Shown here: piece after piece, positions 38,381-54,445 of the stretch
Position numbering within the stretch: the first letter of the stretch is position 1
How the letters are laid out: every line of letters starts with the position of its first letter
Assembly (NCBI RefSeq): GCF_009914755.1
Contig: NC_060929.1
Source of the DNA: the human T2T-CHM13v2.0 reference genome, Homo sapiens
Length of the DNA: 64,000 nt
Strand: one strand, 5' to 3'
Notes under the pieces: generated by a model
Seen by the model: only the letters and a program-made list of their open reading frames with translations
Databases searched by the model: none
Told to the model about the DNA's origin: nothing
Position numbers and translations under genes: made by a program

Positions 38381-39547
38381 GCTGTGTCACTGCTGCTGCT
38401 CCAAACTTCATTACTTGTTTAAAAATTGTATCATTAGAGAGTCAGACTAGGCATAGGAAAACAGTTTATGTATTTAAACGATTCTCTTTCAAGTCGTTTA
38501 GTGACTGTTTAAAATGCTATGGACAAAGGATTTTTCATCCCGCAACATGATGTTTTGGAGAAAAAGAGTGAACAGCAAATTGGAACCACGAGAATGCCAA
38601 ACGATACAATTTTTGGAGAAGTTAATGCAGCCAAGTCAGGACACACAAGGCCTGGATGTCAGATCCACCCCTGACCAATACTGGCCTTGAGCAGGTGTCG
38701 ATGTCTGTGAGCCTTGCCTCATGGCCTTGCTGTGAGGACGACATCAGATGATGCTGCAAGGTGTTCCTGTGGAGTCCTGAACTTAATGGGAGGCCCCAAA
38801 GCAGCTACTGAATATTGGAGAATTCCGTGTGTGTTTACCCAGAGAGGCCAAAGCACTCAGCGTCGGGCTGCCTGTAGGGGAGTGTCATTCACACAGACCA
38901 TGGTGGCCTAGGGAAGCTGAGCATACGGGCGGGCAGGCTTTGGAGGATGTGCAGACCCAGATCCTAGGTTCTCACTGGCCAGGCGCTCTCCTGAAGACAC
39001 ACCTAGGATGAGGTCATTAAGCAGGTGAGATACCAGTGTCAGAGATGGGCGCGTGAAGACTCACACCTGGCACCAGGCAGTGTATCTGGAGTGAATGACT
39101 GGGCAGTTGCTGTAGCTGGAGCCAATTTCTATTCCATTCCTGCACGAGCAGAGACCCAGTGGCCCCTTAGAATAGACTAGAAGGATGTGAGCAAGGGAAG
39201 GGCAGACCCGCTACTTTGCCCACCACCTCAGACTGGGCTCTGTGTGAAACTGGGTTTCCCAGCTCTGCCTTCCTCCGGAGCACAATGAAGGCACTTTTGG
39301 AGGAATGACTTAAAGATACATCAGCGTCCAGTCATGGGCCAGCCTCCCGTGCATGCAGAGTAACTATAAACAAACCGGGAAATAAAAGAACGCCCTTCCT
39401 GGTGCTGTCTGTGGGGTGCAGGGCCATTTCCATGACTCTCCACCCCTGCATATTCCGGAAAAGCCTCTCCCACTACCATTTTGCTGTCTAAAACAGTAGT
39501 TAAAGAAAAAAAAAAAAACGCAAAGAAGAAATATACACTGATTTTAG

Positions 39548-39779
39548 AAAATTCAGAAAACACAAGAGTTCTAGAAACCCACGTTTCAAAGAGATAATTA
39601 ACTCCAGCAACCTTTCACTTGTCTCGGTGAGGTTTGATCATCGAGGCAATGGCGGCTTTGTGAAATTATTCAGGAAGACTTCCTTCTGCCCAATGCCGGC
39701 CAGCATGGATCTTCCGTGTTCCTTCAGAGCTGGAAGTATTCCACAGGAAAGAAACCCACAACAATCTCTTTCTTTTTGA
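39548..39779 (+). pseudogene. Possible pseudo-exon (NPRFKEIINSSNLSLVSVRFD...)
   Basis: gattttag acceptor; ~75 stop-free, protein-like codons between supported exons. Confidence 0.3.
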
Positions 39780-40411
39780 AGCACAGAGAACATCGATGTA
39801 TTCACGTTTGTTCTGCATTTCGCCTTTGCCACATTTTGCCCATTTTCATGAGCTGGGTTCTCACTTCACTTTTAAAATTAGTCTTTATTTGAAGTTTTTA
39901 TTTTTTCTTTGAATAGCTGTTAAAGATTTTGTGCTTCAAATTGCATAATTGGTTTTTATTTTAAGCATCTGTTATTTGTTTCAAATTTTCTTTTATTGTC
40001 TCTAAACTGTGGTACAAACACATCATTCTGTAAATTCATTAAGGGTTTCTTTGAAAACTAGCATGTGATTATTTTCTTTCAATGTTTGATTGTTATTCTA
40101 AGAAACAGTGAAGTCTCTGCCATTAGGAAGCAGTTTGCTATGTAGCTTTTAAGTTACAGTTTACTTATTATGTTTCACAAATCCTAGTGTTTTTCTCTAC
40201 CTAATGTGCCAAAGGCTGAGAAAAGCATTCATCTCTGATAACTCTTGATGGAACTTTAAATTTCTCCTTGTAGCCTAACAATTTCTTAGTGTTATAGCTA
40301 GCGTTCGTCATTGTGTATTACACATTTTGTCAGTTTAAAAGACCCTGTTTAGTGGGTCAAATGCTTTTTTGTCCTGCATTTGACTTTGACTGTGGTTAAT
40401 ATTGATACCTA

Positions 40412-40858
40412 GGTGTGGTGATCAGACAAATTCCCAGGTCTCCACACTCTCCCATTGTGGAATCATTCCTTCTCTACCCTGGGCAGCGTCTCATTCCAGT
40501 GGCTGCCAGGAGGGTTGGTAGAGCCTCTTCCCTGCCCTGTTGGCTTGGGCTTGGCCATGTGATGTTCTCTGGGTGCTGGAAGCTGGAGCTGTGAGTGTGC
40601 TCATCTTGGCCTCCTGGGCTCAGTCCTTCCCCACGAGAAGGACACACTCTTGCAGCCCTTGCTTCCCCAGCCTGGATTCTAGGGTAAGAGTGTCATGGGG
40701 CAAATATGATCTTGACCCACAGCCTGGAGCAGAGCCCTCAGCAGGTCCTTAGACCTTGGGCAAGAGACACATGCTTATTACTTTAACTTATATTAAACTG
40801 CTAGAATTTTAAGGTTCTTTAAGCAGCAATACCTTAGCAAAAACCTGATTAAGATACC
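40412..40858 (+). mobile_element. Old MaLR/ERVL-type LTR
   Basis: TGTGG start; end 'gcagcaataccttagcaaaaacctgattaagatac'. Confidence 0.45.
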
Positions 40859-42528
40859 ATGTTTCCTCATTACTTCATAGCCCTTTGCAACAGATTGTCT
40901 AAATATTTGGGTAGGTTTTTCTTGTTATAGAAATCAATGCTCAGACAGTCAAAGCATATTTAAAAGAACACCAGATATAGTGAATTTTTAGATACACTGT
41001 TTCAGATGTTAAGGAAATTTCATTAGATTGTAAATGAAACTGGTGTTTAAGAAAATTGGTTAGTTTAACTTGAGTTACACTCATAAATGGAAAACTGAAG
41101 GGTGATTCCCCTAACTTTACAAGATTTATAACTAGAGTAACAATAGTTGCAAATTAGACTTTAATCCATAAGGAAATCTAGGATTTTAAATTGGTAATGT
41201 GTGTGTGTGCATGTGTGCATATATGTATATTATATATATATATTTACACATATATATTCATATGTTAAATATTACTTTAAACCAAGTAGCTGTAAATAGT
41301 CTATCCCGTGCACAAAGGCCACACTTGGGTATCAACAAGTTGATGTGCTACCATTGGAAAGCACACAGTAGGCATGCATGAGTCGAAGTGATGAACACTC
41401 CAATCTTTGCATTCTTTAAAATGCTCTTACACCTTTCAGGTGTAAGACATGGAATGAATCACTAGTTCCCAGCAAAATTCAGTGACAAATACAAGATTGT
41501 AATAACGTAATCAAATTCAGACATTGATACCAAAATAATAATCACTAACAGATTTGTTTTCTAAAAAAACCAATAATATAAAAGTTAGAACATATTAAAA
41601 GAGATATGTCATAGTCAAGCATGGGATGTAGAAGAAGGAAGAATAATTATCATGTTGTGACTGTTTTTAGGAGGAGTAGGTTTTTTAAAATAAGGGCTTT
41701 CTTTTTAATAAAACTGTCATTATGCAAAAATATTGACAAATCCTGGCCTTCAGTTTCAAGTACATAATACAAGGAAATTGTATGCATGTTTGTAAAATTT
41801 TTGTATAAATCTCTTATTGGGGATAAGCATTAATTAATATAGGAAAATACAGTATTTTGTTCAAATGATTAAATGATTAGTATAAATAATAAATCTAAAA
41901 CAAAGCCCTTGTTAATTTGCTAAATATCCTTCCTTGCTGCACACATTTCTCTGTAGAGTTTGATTTTAACACAATGTAGCAAATTGACTTGTTTTCAAGA
42001 GAGATGGGAAGTAGAAATTGGAGGAGGCGGAACCTGGAAGTCTGTATTTCTGGAGACTTCCATCTGCAAAGGCCTCAGTCAGCACCTCATATTCCTGGGC
42101 ACCAGGGTTCTCAGTTTCCATTCTAAGCAGGGTGGACATTCAACTCCCATGAAAGGGAACTGAATTCTATCTATTATCCCTTAATGATTCCATTAAACAA
42201 CTCAAAAAGGAAGGCCACAGGAGGGAAATAGCTTTTGTCAAATATTCTAACCCACAGTATGTGGTAAGTGCTAAATTGGGAAAACTCTCTTGGAAAAACT
42301 TATCCAATGGTTGTCAAAATCACTTGTGAATTTCACAGTCCTATATGAAGTTCAAGAGATTCAATAGTAATGTGATCTTAAATCATCTGTTTTTCTAGCA
42401 CATATGCTCCCCTTCTGAAGTTAAAATGAAAACAACAGCGCTGGCTCGGATGAGTGAAACTGTGAAGGGCATGAGTAGGATTGCGAGGAATAGGTTTAGT
42501 CACTCAAACGCGTCTCAAGTGAATTCTT

Positions 42529-43059
42529 TTTTTTTTTTTTTGATTATTTTATTGTTTTTGTTTTTAAGTTCCAGGGACGTGTGCAGGATGTGCAGGTTTG
42601 TTACATGGGTAAATGGGTGCTATGATAGTTGCTGCACCTGTCAACCCATCATCACCTAAGTATTGAGCCCAGTATGCATTAACTCTTTTCCCTAATGCTC
42701 TCTCCCTCCCCCGCCCTCCCCTGACAGGCTGCAGTAAGTGCTTTTCCCCTCCCTGTGTCCACGTGTTCTCATTGTCCAGCTCCCACTTATAAGTGAGAAC
42801 ATGCGGTATTTGGTTTTCTGGTCCTGCGTTAGTTTGCTGAGGATAATGGCTTCCAGCTTCATCCATGTCCCTGCTAAGGACATGATCTCATTTCTTGTTA
42901 TGGCTGTATAGTATTTCATAGTGTATAAATCATTCTATTATTAAGACACATGCACACATATGCTCATTACAGCATAATTCACAATAGCAAAGACGTGGAA
43001 TCGACCCAAATGCCCATCCATGATAGACTGGAAAAAGCAAATGTGGTACATATACATCG
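42529..43059 (-). mobile_element. Short L1PA (older PA subfamily) with 5' inversion
   Basis: Poly-T and antisense 3'UTR to ~42927, then a sense piece 42924-43059; 11-bp TSD agtgaattctt (42518-42528, 43060-43070). Confidence 0.92.
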
Positions 43060-43233
43060 AGTGAATTCTTAACAGTAAGTACCCCAGGAGAGGGCATAGA
43101 ATCCCAATTTAAACCTTCAGTTCTTTCCTCTAAAGTATTATTTGCAGGGCAATCAAATAGATAAGGTTTCTTATGCAGTAGATTTTGCTATTTTCCTTAT
43201 ACTTTTCATATTTTTTCCATCTTCTCTATTCAG

Positions 43234-44103
43234 ATGAGGACAGATATTGCCCTGTTCTAGGCACAGATGTAGCTGAGATGAAAGGACATGAGCATAGCTG
43301 TCTTTGGCATCCACGGTCCTGTAGTGGGTGCAGGAAGAGCTGTGCTGCCAGGAGTCCGCCTCCTCCGGTCCTCTGGGGGCAGCATTCTGGGGAGCCGGTG
43401 CCTCGGGCTGCCCGCCACCAGGAAGTTGCCCCGTTGCTCCCCACGTCTCCTCCCGCCATCATCTTTTCTGTCCTGGTTCTCCCCCAGTAGCCTGTTGGCC
43501 CATGCAGCTGGTTGAAGCATCGGTGCTGCAAGTGCTTGCTGGTTTAGGTGACGCAGGTCAGTTTTAGCTGCGACGAGAAGCCACCCTGGACTTTTAAAAA
43601 CGAGATGCTCTGGTGACAGTTGCTTCCAGTCTGAGATGAGTTAGCTTCTCGTTTCTGAGATCCAGCCACACAGATTTTGGGCACGTGAGGTGGCCGGCTC
43701 TGCCATTGGCGTCATCCCAGTGTCCCGTCACTCCGGGCTAGCCTGGGACCACACCTGGTGAGGGCTCTCCTCTCTCTCCTCTGTCTGTCAGCCAAGCTAG
43801 AATTGAGTGCAGGGGAACACAGCCCCGTAGAACTCAGGGGCCTTCTCAGAATCCAGGCGTGGATGCTTAGCTTCAGAATCTTCAGGCTGTGTGGAAGTTA
43901 GACCAGTGATTTGACTGTTTATTTCATGTGTACATGTAATACAATTTCTACCACTGTGCCTGTTAGCAATGATTTTACTTCCCAGGTGCTGAGGGTAGGC
44001 CTGGTGATGGGTGAGCTCAATATTGAGCAAAAGAAAGATAATCGTGGGATACACAGGAAATAAAGTCACAGGGGAGAAGCTTGTTAGATGCATTCTTCTG
44101 CAG
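43234..44103 (+). pseudogene. Long pseudo-exonic block encoding a GREB1 TAGT glycosyltransferase-like region
   Basis: Strong acceptor and CAG|gtaaca donor. Frameshifted motifs in order: VLVLP/SSLLAHAAG*SIGAA, PWTF, SGDSC, NDFTSQVLRVGLVMGELN, LSKRKIIVG. Confidence 0.7.
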
Positions 44104-44783
44104 GTAACAATTTTTAATCCTGCACAAATAATTTTTAAACTCTCAACAATTTGAATGCAGTGGAGAGTGAATGAAGGCAGGAAAAATACATAGTGTGCTG
44201 AATCCTTGTGAGAAGGTACCACATGGGATACGATCGGCAGATATTTGGCTTTTTACCTGAGGGGATTCCCTTGCTGCACAGGGGTGGGCCCCTAATCTCA
44301 AGCAGAAAGCCGCAGTCTTAAGGTCTCAGGAGTTGGAGGACAATGTCCAGGGAAACTAGAGTCACTAAAAGGAGAGGAGAATATGTCCTGAAGGAGCAAA
44401 CACAATAAGGAACGCCCAAATCTGCACCTAATATATGTAAAAGTGTGTGGTTCACCCTCGAACTCACACCTATGGGGAGACAACCGAGGTTCCCAGCAAA
44501 ACAAGTCAACAATGTCAACAACAGTGACAACAGGAGAGCAGCTGTGAGGCTGAAGGAGCTGGATGGAGACTCTGGCTTTTGTCCACCAAAAGGGAGACAG
44601 AGTTTAGGGTGTAAGCCCAGCCACGTAAAGCACCTGGTATGAAAATGGCATCAACCACCAGAGAAGCAGCAGAGCCCGGCATCTCTGCCACGCAGAACTC
44701 ACAGCATCCAGTATTCAAAACAGATACTGAGCACGTGAAGACACAGGAAATGGAGCCCACACTCAATAAAGAAATCAGGTTGC

Positions 44784-47110
<2,327 letters not shown>

Positions 47111-47134
47111 GTCCCCTGCAAATATTGAAATCAA

Positions 47135-47428
47135 GTTGCAGGCTTGCTGTTAACACTTTCATGGGTAGCATATCTGAAACTATTCTTTGCATATTCTGGG
47201 CCTCAGCAAATGCGTGCCAGTGTTTCTCAGGGTTGCATAAGGGAGTTTCATATATGGAAACAAAGACTGAACTATTCCCTGTGTTTTTGCATAGGAATTA
47301 GAGATAGCAGTAAATTCATGATTTTATTTTCACAATGTGGACATTTAGACATATATTTGTACCCATCTATGTCATGTCCATATCTACCTTTCTCCCAATT
47401 CTGTCTGCTGAGAGAGCATAAAAGCTGA
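47135..47428 (+). pseudogene. Pseudo-exon resembling the GREB1 C-terminal domain
   Basis: AGLLLTL...IREFHIWK...SLCFCIGIRDSS vs GREB1 SGLLLYL...LKKFHFLK..TLCVICQDRSS; stop-free for ~97 codons. Confidence 0.6.
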
Positions 47429-48541
47429 GTCACATCAGCAGCAGTGAACACACCTGGTGCCCAGATCTTGGTTTCTAATTACCTTCTTCCACTGAAAGGA
47501 AACAGAGCTCCCAAAGAATAGGCTGATTCCAGACTGAGGCAGAGAAAGCCCAGGGCATCCTGTTTTGCCAGAAAGCAAAGAATTGCCCCAGGACTTAGGA
47601 GAACTGTTCCAATCACGTATTACTTTGTAACAAATCATCTCAAAACTTAGTTACCTGAAGCAACAAGTTATTATTATTGCTTACAATTCTGTGGGCTGCC
47701 TGCTAGGTTAGTAGGTTCTCATTTGAGGTCTTTGTTAAGACTGTAATTAGTTACCAGCTGGAAGGTGATTTGGCAGTGTTTTATTGCAAAGTAATACTTG
47801 CATTGCCTTATAATCTTACTTTTTGAAAACCAGGAAATGGATTTACAGCGGCTGAAAACACAGGGCTTTCTCTTACTCACATAAGGATGGACAGGAGTGA
47901 GCAGTGGCCACTGGTGTAGGCTGAGCCACCCACCAACGACCCCAGTGGGTTTTGTGCTCATGCTGGCTGACCCATGCTCACTAGACAGGAGCCAGGTTTG
48001 CAGACTGCACATTGGAGCTCAAGGAATAGGGAGGGGTAGAGATGTGCCGGCAAGTGTGTGCCCATCTCTTGTCTAGAAAATAATGGGGTTCCTATTAGGT
48101 ATGGGGTTCCTGGAAAGCCCCAACAGATTTCCTCTTCCATAATTTGGCTAGAACTTGTTTCATGGAAAATCGTAGCTACAAGAGATCCTGGAAAATAGAT
48201 TACTGGTCTTTAAGAATTTCTCTTTAATTTGAGGCATGGAAGAGAGAAGGGAGAATTGGGAATGGCGGTGAGGTAAACAAACCAAGGGTGCATACTGCAA
48301 CTGATGATAGGAAAATAATCAATCACCAAATGCAGTGTGCATTTGGGAACAGGTGCAAAGGGTGCATATGTTAAGGGGGCCTTCTCTCCAGTCGCTGGCT
48401 TCTTCAACTGGGGCTTCATCACCCTCAGCCCTGTCTCCAGCTCATGCTAAACTGGCTCATGCTGAAGCTCTCCAGACAGGCTAAGAGGGTCCCAAGGCCC
48501 ACGCATGCGACTGGGAAACTTTAGCGAATGTTGCCACCCAA

Positions 48542-48672
48542 AGTCTAACAGCTAGAATCTAACTGCGCGATTGCAAGATAGTCTCATAGCTAGACTCTGA
48601 GATTCCAAGGTAGTCTAATACCTAGAGTGTGACTGCGAGATTTCAAGGTAGCCTCATAGCTAGAATCGAACT
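48542..48672. repeat. Degenerate ~38-bp tandem repeat (3-4 units)
   Basis: Units approximately agtctcatagctagaatctaactgcgagattccaaggt. Confidence 0.7.
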
Positions 48673-48673
48673 A

Positions 48674-49995
48674 TTAGGCTTCTTGCTAATTATGGAAATT
48701 TCTGCAGCCATCTTGAATTTCTCCCCAGAAAATGGGTTTTTTCTATCTGATAGTCAGGCTGCAAATTTTCCAAACTTTGATGCTCTGCTTCCCTTATAAA
48801 ACTGAATGCCTTTAATAGTACCCTAGTCACCTCTTGAATGCTTTGCTACTTAGAAATTTCTTCCACCAGATACCCTAAATCACCTTTCTCAAGTTCGAAG
48901 TTCCACAAATCTCTAGGGCAGTCTCTTTGGTAAAACAAGAGTCATGCTTGCTTCAGTTCCCAACAAGTTCCTCATCTCCATCTGAGACCACCTCAGCCTG
49001 GACCTTCTTGTCCATATCGCTATCAGCATTTGGGGGAAAGCCATGCAACAAGTCTCTAGGAAGTTTCAAACTTCCCCACATTTTCCTGTCTTCTCCTGAG
49101 CCCTCCAAACTGTTCCAACCTCTGCCTGTTACCCCGTTCCAAAGTTGCTTCCACATTTTCCAGTATCTTTTCAGCAGCGCCCTATTCTACTGGCACCAAT
49201 TTACTGTATTCGTCTGTTTTCATGCTGCTGATAAAGACATACCTGAGACTGGGAAGGAAAAGAGGTTTAATTGGACTTACAGTTCCACATGGCTGGGGAG
49301 GCCTCAGAATCATGGCGAGAGGTGAAAGGCACTTCTTACGTGGTGGCAGCAAGAGAAAATGAGGAAGAATCAAAAGTGGAAACCCCTAATAAACCCATGA
49401 GAGCTGGTGAGACTTATTCACTATCACGAGAATAGCATGGGAAAGACCCACCCCAGGATTCAATTACCTCCACCTGGATCCCTCCCACAACATGTGGGAA
49501 TTCTGAGAGATACAATTCAAGTTGAGATTTGGGTGGGAACACAGCCAAACCATACCAGAGTGGGTTTCAGCCGGAGGGCCTGGACCCAGAGTCTCTGCTT
49601 TTGACCAGGATCTTTTCACTGCCTTTGCTGAGATTGGGAAGCAGCATCCCTCTGTCTATTTCTGGAGGAAAGTTTATACCTGGAGTGCAATAGAACATGC
49701 TCAGAGAGTCCATGAAATAGTCCAGCCGGCTGTCCCTTCAGCATCCTCTGGTGTCTGGTGATGGCCAAGCTTATTTTCCTCAGAACAGTAGGAGCGACCC
49801 AAGCCAGAGAAAATCAACCAACTGAGCCCACAGCTCCCTCCTAGGCCCCTCTGGACATGGGTCTCATGGCCTCTGTGATCTGGAAAGCCCAGGGAAAAGC
49901 AGTATTATCTTAGACAGGGAACTGTTATGAGAGCTAGGAGGGGGCCCTGCACCCCTGCAGCAGAGGACAAGCCCGAAGCAGGGGACGGGTATGAG
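48674..49995 (-). repeat. Inverted duplicate of 59503-60862 (THE1A internal part, LTR 49205-49557, unique flank)
   Basis: Continuous reverse-complement similarity across the LTR/flank junction, including the TSD (gagtg) and shared LTR variants. Confidence 0.93.
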
Positions 49996-50126
49996 AATGA
50001 GGAGGGGCTTGTACCCTTGCAGAGGAGAACAAGCTGGAAGCAGGGGACTGGTTTAAGAACGAGGAGGGGGCCCTGCACCCCTGCAGCAGAGGACAAGCTG
50101 GAAGCAGGGGACAAGCCAGAAGCAGG
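49935..50126. repeat. ~63-bp degenerate tandem repeat, ~3 copies
   Basis: ggagggggccctgcacccctgcagcagaggacaagc..gaagcaggggac repeated. Confidence 0.8.
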
Positions 50127-51293
50127 TCCTGTTGCCCGCAGAGCAGAGCCAGGAGTTACAGGCTCACAAAGCCATGGTAAGAACAGCCTATGCGAGGCTT
50201 TCAGTGACATGAGGTTGTGCAGCAGGAGATGGGGGGATATACCACTCTATCTGAAGAAGTCAGGACATTCAGTCACCATAAAATACTAGTCCAAGCATTA
50301 TTCCAAATACAAATATCCAATTCTAAGCAATAAATGCTTATTCAGAAGATACTGTGACCAAAGTGGCAGGTTAAATATGTTAAGACCTAAGAGACGGCAA
50401 GGGGCTGACTGGGAGGAGCCCAGGCAGATGGGGCGAGGGGCTCAGTGCAGCAGGGACACGCAAGTAACTCTCCCACCACAGAGAAGACGTGAAGGACGCT
50501 CACTTTCAACCTTCCTTACACACAACACACAAGGGGCTACACAGATATTGCTGATGACACAGCAAGTAGATGACAGGTCCAGGTCTTGAGAGATAAATTG
50601 GGGGCAGTTGTCTCTGGTGACCCCCGCGACAGCTCCCATCTGGCAATAAATGCTCTCTGCAAGGCACAGCAACTCAGAAGGTGATCGTCCTAACAAGAAT
50701 GACCTCAGGGCATCCAGACTGGAGGCCATAAATCACAGGAAGGTAACAGCACCCAGAAGGAGCTGGCTGGGCTCCCCAAGGTCTGATCTGGAGGCGGAGT
50801 CAGAGCAGCTCCCGCCAATGCTGAGTGGAGCGGTCACTCTGGCCTGTGAATGCGAGCTTCCTACTTGGGAGCTGATGTTCCTGAACACCAGACAGCGGCG
50901 TGGACACCTTGACTGAGGGGCCTGGTTGTTTTGCCATCACGCTGCTGATCTGAGAAGGTAACTGTCGCCCCTCTCCAAGCGTCCTCACGGGGCCATCCAC
51001 TGTTTCTCACGCAAGGCCAGAGCCAGCAGAGCCTGCAAGGAATGGAGGGGTCCCTTGACTGTTTTCTGAGGGTCTCTCACAGTTTCTGCTTGGATGCCTT
51101 TCAGGAAAATAGCACGAGCAGGAGCAGCTGGTGAGCTTACACCTCAGGGGGAGTGATAAGAACATCTGAGAAGAACTTCTGTAAAATAAAGATGGCCATT
51201 GATTGAAACAGAGAGTTGTGGGACCCCTTTTCTGAGAAAGTTTCTTAATGGAAATAGTTAAAACACAGAACATTTGATAAGATCTTGAGGGAG

Positions 51294-54200
51294 TTTTATC
51301 AAAAGCCTTTTCTACATCTATTGAGATAATCATGTGGTTTTTGTCATTGGTTCTGTTTATGTGATTGATTACATTTACTGATTTGCATATGTTGAGCCAG
51401 CCTTGCATCCCAGGGATGAAGCTGACTTGATTGTGGTGGATAAGCTTTTTAATGTGCTGCTGGATTTGGTTTGCCAGTATTTTATTGAGGATTTTTGCTT
51501 CGATGTTCATCAGGGATATTGGCATGAAATTTTCTTTTTTTGTTGTGTCTCTGCCAGGTTTTGGTATCAGGATGATGCTGGCCTCATAAAATGAGTTAGG
51601 GAGGAGTCCCTCTTTTTCTATTGTTTGGAATAGTTTCAGAAGGAATGGTACCAGCCCCTCTTTGTACCTCCGGTAGAATTCAGCTGTGAATTCGTCTGGA
51701 CCTGGGCTATTTTTGGTTGATAGGCTATTAATTACTGCCTGAATTTCAGAACTTGTTATTGGTCTATTCAGGGATTCGACTTCTTCCTGGTTTAGTCTTG
51801 GGAGGGTATAAGTGCTAAGAAATTTATCCATTTCTTCTAGATTTTCTAGTTTATTTGCGTAGAGATGTTTATAGTATTCTCTAATGGTAGTTTGTATTTT
51901 TGTGGGATCAGTGGTGATATCCCCTTTATCATTTTTTATTGTGTCTATTTGATTCTTCTCTTTTTTCTTCTTTATTAGTCTGGCTGGCAGTCTATCTATT
52001 TTGTTGATCTTTTCAAAAAACCAGCTCCTGGATTCATTGATTTTTTGAAGGGGTTTTTGTGTCTCTTTCTTCTTCAGTTCTGCTCTGATCTTAGTTATTT
52101 CTTGTCTTCTGTCAGCTTTTAAATTTGTTTGCTCTTACTTCTCTAGTTCTTTTAATTATGATGTTAGGGTGTTGATTTTAGATCTTTCCTGCTTTCTCCT
52201 GTGGGCATTTAGTGCTATAAATTTCCCTCTAAACACTACTTTAGCTCTGTTCCAGATATTCTGGTACCTTGTGTCTTTGTTCCCATTGGTTTCAAACAAC
52301 TTATTTATTTCTGCCTTCATTTTGTTATATACCCAGTAGTCATTCAGGAGCATGTTGTTCAGTTTCCACGTAGTTGTGTGGTTTTGAGTGAGTTTCTTAA
52401 TCCTGAGTTCTAATTTGATTGCACTGTGGTCTGAGAGAATGTTTGTTACGATTTCCATTCTTTTGCATTTGCTGAGGAGTGTTTTACTTCCAATTATGTG
52501 GTCAATTTTAGAATAAATGTGATGTGGTGCTGAGAAGAATGTATATTCTCTTGATTTGGGGTGGAGAGTTCTGTAGATGTCTATTAGGTCCACTTGGTCC
52601 AGAGCTGAGTTCAAGTCCTGAATATCCTTGTTAATTTTCTGTCTCGTTGACATGTCTAATATTGACAATGGGGTGTTAAGTCCCCCACTATTATTTGTGG
52701 GAGTCTAAGTCTCTTTGTAGGTCTCTAAAAACTTGCTTTATGAATTTGGTGCTCCTGTATTGGGTGCATATATATTTAGTATAGTTAGCTCTTCTTGTTG
52801 CATTGATCCCTTTGCCATTATGTAATGCCCTTCTTTGTCTCTTTTGATCTTCGTTGGTTTAAAGTCTGCTTTATCGGAGGCTAGGATTGCAACCCTGCTT
52901 TTTTTTTTCTTTGTATTTGCTTGGTAAATCTTCCTCCATCCCTTTATTTTGAGCCTATGTGTGTCTTTGCCCGTGAGATGGGTCTCCTGAATACAGCACA
53001 CCAATGGGTCTTGACCCTTTATCCAATATGCCAGTCTGTGTCTTTCAACTGGGGTACCAAAACAGAAATATAGACCAATGGGACAGAACACAGGCCTCAG
53101 AAATAACACCACACATCTACAACTGTCTGATCTTTGACAAGCCTGCCAAAAACAAGCAATGGGGAAAGGATTCCCTATTTAATAAATGGTGTTGGGAAAA
53201 CTAGCTAGCCATAGGCAGAAAACTGAAACTGGACCCCTTCCTTACACCTTATATAAAAATTAACTCAAGATGGATTACAGATTTAAATGTAAGACCTAAA
53301 ACCATAAAAACTCTAGAAGAAAACCTAGGTAATGCCATTCAGGACATAGCCATAGGCAAAGACTTCATGACTGAAACACCAAAAGCAATGGCAACAAAAG
53401 ACAAAATTGACAAATGGGATCTAATTAAACTAAAGAGCTTCTGCACAGCAAAATAAACTATCATCAGAGTGAACAGGCAACCTACAGAATGGGAGAAAAT
53501 TTTTGCAATCTATCCATCTGACAAAGGGCTAATATCCAGAATCTACAAGGAACTTAAACAAATTCACAAGAAAAAAAAACAACCCCATCAAAAAGTGGGC
53601 AAAGGATATGAATAGACACTTTTTAAAAGAAGACATTTATGCAGCCAACAAGCATATAAAAAATGCTTATCATCACTGGTCATTTGAGAAATGCAAATCA
53701 AAACCACAATGAGATACCATCTCACGCCAGTTAGAATGGTGACCCTTAAAAAGTCAGGAAACAACAGATGCTAGAGAGGATGTGGAGAAACAGGAACACT
53801 TTTACACTGGTGGTGGGAGTGTAAACTAGTTCAACCATTGTAGAAGACAGTGTGGCAATTCCTCGAGGATCTAGAACTAGAAATACCATTTGACCCAGCA
53901 ATCCCATTACTGGGTATATACCCAAAGGATTATAAATCATTCTATTGCAAAGAAACATGCACACGTATGTTTATTGCAGCACTATTCACAATAGCAAAGA
54001 CTTGGAACCAACCCAAATGCCCATCAATGACAGACTGGATAAAGAAAATCTGTCATATATACACCGTGGAATACTATGCAGCCATAAAAAAAGGGTGAGT
54101 TCATGTCCTTTGCTGGGACATGGATGAAGCTGGAAAACATCACTCTGAGCAAACTAACACAGGAACAGAAAACCAAACACCACATGTTCTCACTCATAAG

Positions 54201-54445
54201 TGGGAGCTGAACATTGAGAACACATGGACACAGGGAGGGAAACATCACACACTGGGGCATGTCACAGGGTGTGGGGGAAGGGGAGGGATAGCATTAGGAG
54301 AAATACCTAATGTAGATGACGGGTCGATGGGTGCAGAAACCACCATGGCGTAGGTATACCTATGTAACAAACCTGCACATTCTGCACATGTATCCCAGAA
54401 CTTAATTATAATAAAAAAGAAAATAAACAAATAAAAAATAAAATA
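51294..54445 (+). mobile_element. L1PA (PA7-like) with 5' inversion: 51294-~53052 antisense, ~53053-54445 sense with poly-A
   Basis: EN/RT ORF2 fragments on the minus strand, ORF2 C-terminus and 3'UTR on the plus strand; 15-bp TSD aagatcttgagggag (51279-51293, 54446-54460). Confidence 0.95.

Noticed and set aside
51007-54353. L1 ORF2 fragments as an active element or host gene
   Set aside because: The element is inverted, truncated and frameshifted, and lacks the 5'UTR, ORF1 and part of the RT.
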